Source: the human T2T-CHM13v2.0 reference genome, Homo sapiens. Taken from it: DNA of 64,000 nt. A model generated the notes under the pieces. The model was not told the origin of the DNA. It was given only the letters and a program-made list of their open reading frames with translations, and searched no databases. Below are positions 54,231 through 64,000 of the stretch, piece by piece. The position numbers and the translations under genes are program-made. Location of the stretch: assembly GCF_009914755.1 (NCBI RefSeq), contig NC_060925.1, one strand, 5' to 3'. The first letter of the stretch is position 1, and each line of letters begins with the position of its first letter.

Positions 54231-55029
54231 ACTAGGGGGCCTTCTTCCAGTTCACCTAGACAAGGGAGCTTGGGGTGTGTGAGTTTCTGGTTAGAATTTC
54301 CGTGGTTTTCAAGTATTTTGGCTCTTGAAGTATTTTGTAATTTCTGCTGTCTGTCCATCATCTCGGACTCCAGGGGTTTCATGAGACAATGAAGAGGAAA
54401 GCTTACTCATGACCATATTCCTGCAGATGAGCAGGCCTAAAGGGGGAAAGGAAGGGACCTCTTTTGCTGCCAGTGAACTCCAGCATCCATTGAGCAATCT
54501 CATTTTTACCACCAGGTGGACTTCCCCTAGGCAATGGTACCTAAAAGTGGTGGGCGTTTTTCAGAGCCGCTCTGTCCTGGACAAACACCAAAGGGACCAG
54601 AAGATGAACAAAAGCTGATGCAATGCAAGGATTAGAGCCCTAGAGAAAGGAGGGTCTGAAATTGCTCCTAATTCCTGGCATTCCTGGCATGAAGCAGAGG
54701 CTGAATACATTATCCCCTTGTGTTGATTGGAAATTTGTTAACTTTTGCCATCTTTTTCTGTCTGTTTGGCCAAGGATTTCATAAAACACAATTTCGTGGC
54801 TATGAAAATGTGCTTGAGAATGTGTCCCATGGTGATGACTTGGAGCATATCATGAGGGTGCAGAAATACAAAATGAAGTGGGGGGGTCTCACCTTCTCCA
54901 AGAAGCTGAATGATCAACCCACTTGCGGGTGTGCATTCATCCCCTGCTCCCAAGCAGGTGGAGACTGCTGTGGGACGTCACGCTCTGCATGGTGATAAGC
55001 TTTGCCATCGTGTTTACCCAAACAAGAGG

Positions 55030-55225
55030 TCAAGAGCATGGTTTTGGAGTGAGACAGAAGTGCAGTCACACCCCAGCTTCATATGTGTGTTGCCCACATC
55101 GCACAAGGAGCCACTTCAATGTAGCACACCTCATTTCCTTAAAATGAGGATAATAATGCCTGGCCTTTCTGGTTGTCATGGCGATGGAGATAATGTGGGT
55201 ATAATGCTCATCCAGATGGGTGTCT
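55030..55225 (+). mobile_element. MIR (degenerate)
   Basis: gtcaagagcatggttttggagtgagacaga...cctcatttccttaaaatgaggataataatgcct. Confidence 0.65.
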
Positions 55226-55289
55226 GCCACAAGGGAGGCCCCAACAGCGATGGCTGCAAACCCTTGGAGGTGGCATTGCCAAAAGCGGA

Positions 55290-55490
55290 CGTCAATAGAT
55301 GTAATGCAAAAATAGTGTCTTGTGTTCAAAAAAGGTTGGGAAATACTGAGTGAAAGGTAAGCAGGTTTCTTTTTCTTTCTTTTTTTTTTTTTTTAACTGT
55401 AGGACTTCTCAGAATCATTAATATGCTAATGTAAATTAAGGCTCTCCAAGAGAGATAAATAGTGGGCAGCATTTTCCAAATGTATTTTAT
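55290..55490. mobile_element. MER103C-like hAT fragment
   Basis: aaaggttgggaaatactgag...caggtttc...aggacttctcagaatcattaatatgctaatgt...ctctccaagag...cagcattttccaaa. Confidence 0.65.
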
Positions 55491-56130
55491 TCATTTCACA
55501 TAATTATTATGTTCATATATATGCAAAACACTGTTTGAGATGCTCAGGATGCTGCAGGAATAAGACAGACAAAGTCTGCTCTCTTGTAGGTTTCATCCTA
55601 GCGAGCAGATAGGAAGGGAGGGAGGGAGAAGGGCAGGAGGGAGGAAGGAAGAAAATACATTAGGAAGGGAAAGGTCAGTGCAGAGAATCAAAATGACTTG
55701 AGATAAGGGGTGGCCACCTCAGCTGGGAGGTCAAGGCAGGACTCCCAAGATATTTTAGCTGAGGACTCTGGGACCCAGATGCAACCAAGGGGCAACCAGG
55801 GCAAAGAACATTCCAGGTAGCAGAAGCAGCTCCTGCAGATGAGCTGCAGCAAGAATGAGCATGATGTCTTCAAGGAAGAGAAAGAGAGTGACCGGCAGGT
55901 GTAGAGCAGGGGAGGGGAAGAGTGGCAGGAGGTGGGGTCAGAGAGGCAGGAAAGCCCCAGTCCTGCAGGATTTGATGTGGGTTTGAGAAGGATCCCTCTG
56001 GTTGCTCTGTTATGAGTATCACAGCAGGTGGGCAAGGTGGAAGCAGAGAGACCATCCAGAGGTTGCTACAGAAGTCCAGGTGGGAGGCAACGGGGGCTTG
56101 AGACAGCGGCAGCAATGGAGGTGATGAGCG
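55490..56130 (-). mobile_element. L2 fragment
   Basis: ggatgctgcaggaataagacagacaaagtc, gaacattccaggtagcagaagcagc, aaggatccctctggttgct, gaagcagagagacca. Confidence 0.75.
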
Positions 56131-56149
56131 TGCATCTCCTAGAGATGTG

Positions 56150-57150
56150 GTGTTGTTTCAAATACACAGTTTCTACTTAAATGTTTGTTCATACGGAATA
56201 GTGCACAAACCATAGGCACACAGCTCAAGGAATTATCAGGAATTGAACATGTCCACGTGTGCCCAACCCAGCTCTCCAGCACACCTTCCCAGCCTCAACC
56301 CATCATCTGGATTCTGAGGGTAACCAGTATCTCAAGTTCTAAGCCATAGAGTAGGGTATGCCTCTTTTATAATTTGTATAATGGAATCATACAATACGTA
56401 TTTTCCCACAAGTGACTTTTTTTGTTCAACATGGTAAGTGATTCGTCCAGTTGTCAATTGTAGCAAGAATTTACTCGTTTTTGTTGCTGTATAGATTTGC
56501 GTTGTTCAAATATACCACGATGCACTTTGCATTGGAGATTTGGGTTGATTCTTATTTTGGCCACTATGAGTAAGGCCGTTAAAGTATACACTCGTTTCAT
56601 GTACACCTAGCAGTGGAATTTCTGGGCCACCGGATACGCACATTTCAACTTCAGAAGATACTATCCAACACTTTTCCCAAGTGGTTGCACCATTTTATGC
56701 TTCCACCAACAGGCTAAGAAGTTTTCAGTTTCTCCCTACTTGGTATTGTGACTTTTTAATTTTAGCTATTCTGGTCAGTTTATAGTGGTATCCTCTCATG
56801 ATTTTAATTTTCATTCCCTGGATGATTAATGAGGTTGAGCATCTTTTCGTGTTTAATGGACCAATTTGAATATCCTCATTTGTGAAGTGCCCATTTAAAA
56901 CCTTCGGCCCATTTTTCATTGCATTTGTCTTTATAAGTGCTTAATATGTGGATGTTTATTTTTTTAAGTTCTAGAATTTCATTTTGATTTATTTTCACAG
57001 TTTCCATTTCTCCGCCAACATTCTATATCTTGTTCTTAAATTTCCTGAACATATTAATCACAGTTACTTTAAGGTCTGTGTCTGAAATCTCAACATCTGT
57101 GAATCACTGTGGGCTTGTTTCTACTGTCTGTTTTTCTCTTGGTTTTTATT
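56150..57150 (-). mobile_element. Old L1M (L1ME-like) fragments
   Basis: aatggaatcatacaatacgta, acacctagcagtggaatttctggg, ttttaattttagctattctgg; ORF 56725-56919 resembles the ORF2 C-terminus (HFTNEDIQ...HYKLTRIAKIKK). Confidence 0.7.
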
Positions 57151-57711
57151 TAATTCTTGCATTTTGTTTAATGCAATAGGACACTGAAAATAGGAGGTGC
57201 TTAACAGGGCTTCCTGTGATAGAAAGGTCCCGAATTTTAATTTTGTTCCCCTAACACTGTGAGATTACCAAGCGCTCTGTTAGCCTCTCAGCTTCCTAAA
57301 CACCATTTTCTTCCTGGTTTTTCAACCTCCAGACTTCTGCTCATAAATCAGGAGCTGCCTGCACAGAGAACACAGCACTACATGGGGCTCCTTCTCTGTT
57401 TTTCTCCTTGCTGGAGGTGGGGAGGGAGATGACCTAATCAGGCTGTAACCAAGCCCTTGCAAGTCAGGATTTATGGTTCTGTTGCTGCTGTTGTTCCTCC
57501 TCCCATTCCTTTTTGGAGGTCTGGGGGAGGCCAGTCTACTGATGGTGGCTCCTACGCCCAGGCTGCAGCCCTTCCTGGTCTGAAGTTGACACCCAGCGTG
57601 CTTGCTGGAACACCTCCTCCTCCTGGACAGCCAGGGCATCTTTCACACCCACTGTCTGCCCCAGGAGCTGCAAACAGCTCTACTCATCTTCTTAGTCTCT
57701 CTGCCACCCCA

Positions 57712-58004
<293 letters not shown>

Positions 58005-58289
58005 TCTCTGCCTCCTTTTGTCAAATCAGCAAATGCTTCAAGTGGAAAAGTCAGGCCACAGCCCTGGCTTGCCTTCTGGAGTGAACCTGTCTCTGGGATC
58101 GTGGTCCCACACTTCCCTGCTATCTCCGTTGCTGTCAGATGCCTTCAAACAGACGTTTTTGGCTTGAAAATGTATTTTTTTCTAATTTCCTACAAAAAGA
58201 CATTTTTCTATATAAAATTTTCTATACTAAAGTTGTTCTGTATGAGACGTCCTAAAGAAGCTTGTCTATCATCTCCAGATGTGGAGCTA

Positions 58290-59280
58290 TGTTGAAAGGA
58301 GAGCCAACAAGATAACATAAGAGAGTGTGTGGGGGGGTGAGAGAAAGCAGGGAGTCAAGGATGGCCAAGGTTTGTGGCCTGAGAAACTGGAAGGATGGAG
58401 TTGCCATTCCTTGAGGCAAGTTGGAGCAGGATTTGGAGTTAAATTTTGGACATGTTGAATTTGAGATGTTGGATCTCCCTGCAGAGCTGTGGACCAAGCA
58501 TTTGGATATTAAATCTGGAGTTTGGGTGAAGGATCCTGGCGGAATTTGCAAATGTGCACACATTGAGCCTGCATTGGGGCTGGAATCTGGACTTTCTGAG
58601 AGGGTCTTGCCTGAAGATGTAAATATGGACTCATTGGCATGTAGATGTTATTTTAAACCATCCAACTGACTGCATAGAGAGTGGATACTCTTGAGAAAAG
58701 TACCAAGGTCTGAGTTCTCTGGCTCTCTGGCTTTAAGAAGCTGCATATAAAAGTATATAACATCTAGTATCCTGTATCTTGCTTAGTTACTTAACATTAT
58801 ACTATAAAATAAAATGTTAAAAAAAAAGAAGCTGTGTAGATGAAGAGAAACCTCAAAGGAGGTGAGAAGGAGCAGGCGCTGATGCAGCAGAGAGACCAAG
58901 AGCATGTGCTGTGTTGGAAGCCAAGGGAAGAAAACCACCAATGAAAGAAGAGAAATCTATTTTCACAAAAGGTGGCATCAAATAGGGAGAATGTGTTACT
59001 AATTTCTGGGACCCTCCAAAACTTATAGGTCAATCAAAGAGTGAGGAGCTGACAGAAGAGTTTGAGCCACAGCTTCCTGCGAGACAGGAAAAATCTGGAA
59101 GAGTGAAGGGTCACAGGAGTCAAGAGGAGATGTGTTCCAAGGAGGAAGTAAGACAAAGTGAGTCAAATACACCGAAATTCAAACAAGATCAAACCATAGC
59201 AGCCACCACTGTCTTTGCAATTTGGAGGTGACTGGTGACTTTAACAAGAGTAGCTCAGTGGAATCATCAGTGGGGACAAA
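58290..59280 (-). mobile_element. L2 fragments
   Basis: gagtcaaggatggccaaggtttgtggcctgagaaactggaaggatggagttgccatt, ttttggacatgttgaatttgagatg, ggaggtgactggtgactttaacaagag. Confidence 0.8.
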
Positions 59281-59284
59281 TGCT

Positions 59285-60420
<1,136 letters not shown>

Positions 60421-60524
60421 GGGCTGTACCAGTTGAACAGGCTTTTTTTGGAGCATTTTTATGAAGCCACATTTTTATGAAACTACATTTTTATCATAGC
60501 CATATTTTGAAGAAAGTAAATCTA

Positions 60525-64000
<3,476 letters not shown>

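Overview
Primate (human-like) non-coding genomic DNA, intronic or intergenic. I find no convincing protein-coding exon, RNA gene or CpG island, and no gene name can be assigned. Much of the window is interspersed repeat: about 14 Alus (J, S and Y types), a nested cluster of old L1M fragments (17.5-25.8 kb), two L1PA copies, MaLR and ERVL LTRs (THE1, MLT1, MLT2), an ERVL-type internal remnant, DNA transposon fossils (MER5A, MER58A, MER82, Tigger3, Charlie4a, MER20, MER103) and MIR/L2 fragments. There are also a 24-bp minisatellite, two large TCTA arrays and a long GA-rich tract. The long ORFs in the track come from repeats. The most unusual signals are: (1) a 78-bp, 76/78-identical inverted repeat with no resemblance I can see to a known repeat, flanking 788 bp at 52.0-53.0 kb with no target-site duplication; (2) a 24-bp VNTR with a 144-bp higher-order duplication and at least five PRDM9-A 13-mer matches; (3) a 40-bp inverted L1-templated insertion inside the L1PA8; (4) several enhancer-like motif clusters and one symmetric open candidate exon. 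Repeat family and subfamily names come from recalled consensus features, not from a database search, and boundaries of old repeats are approximate.
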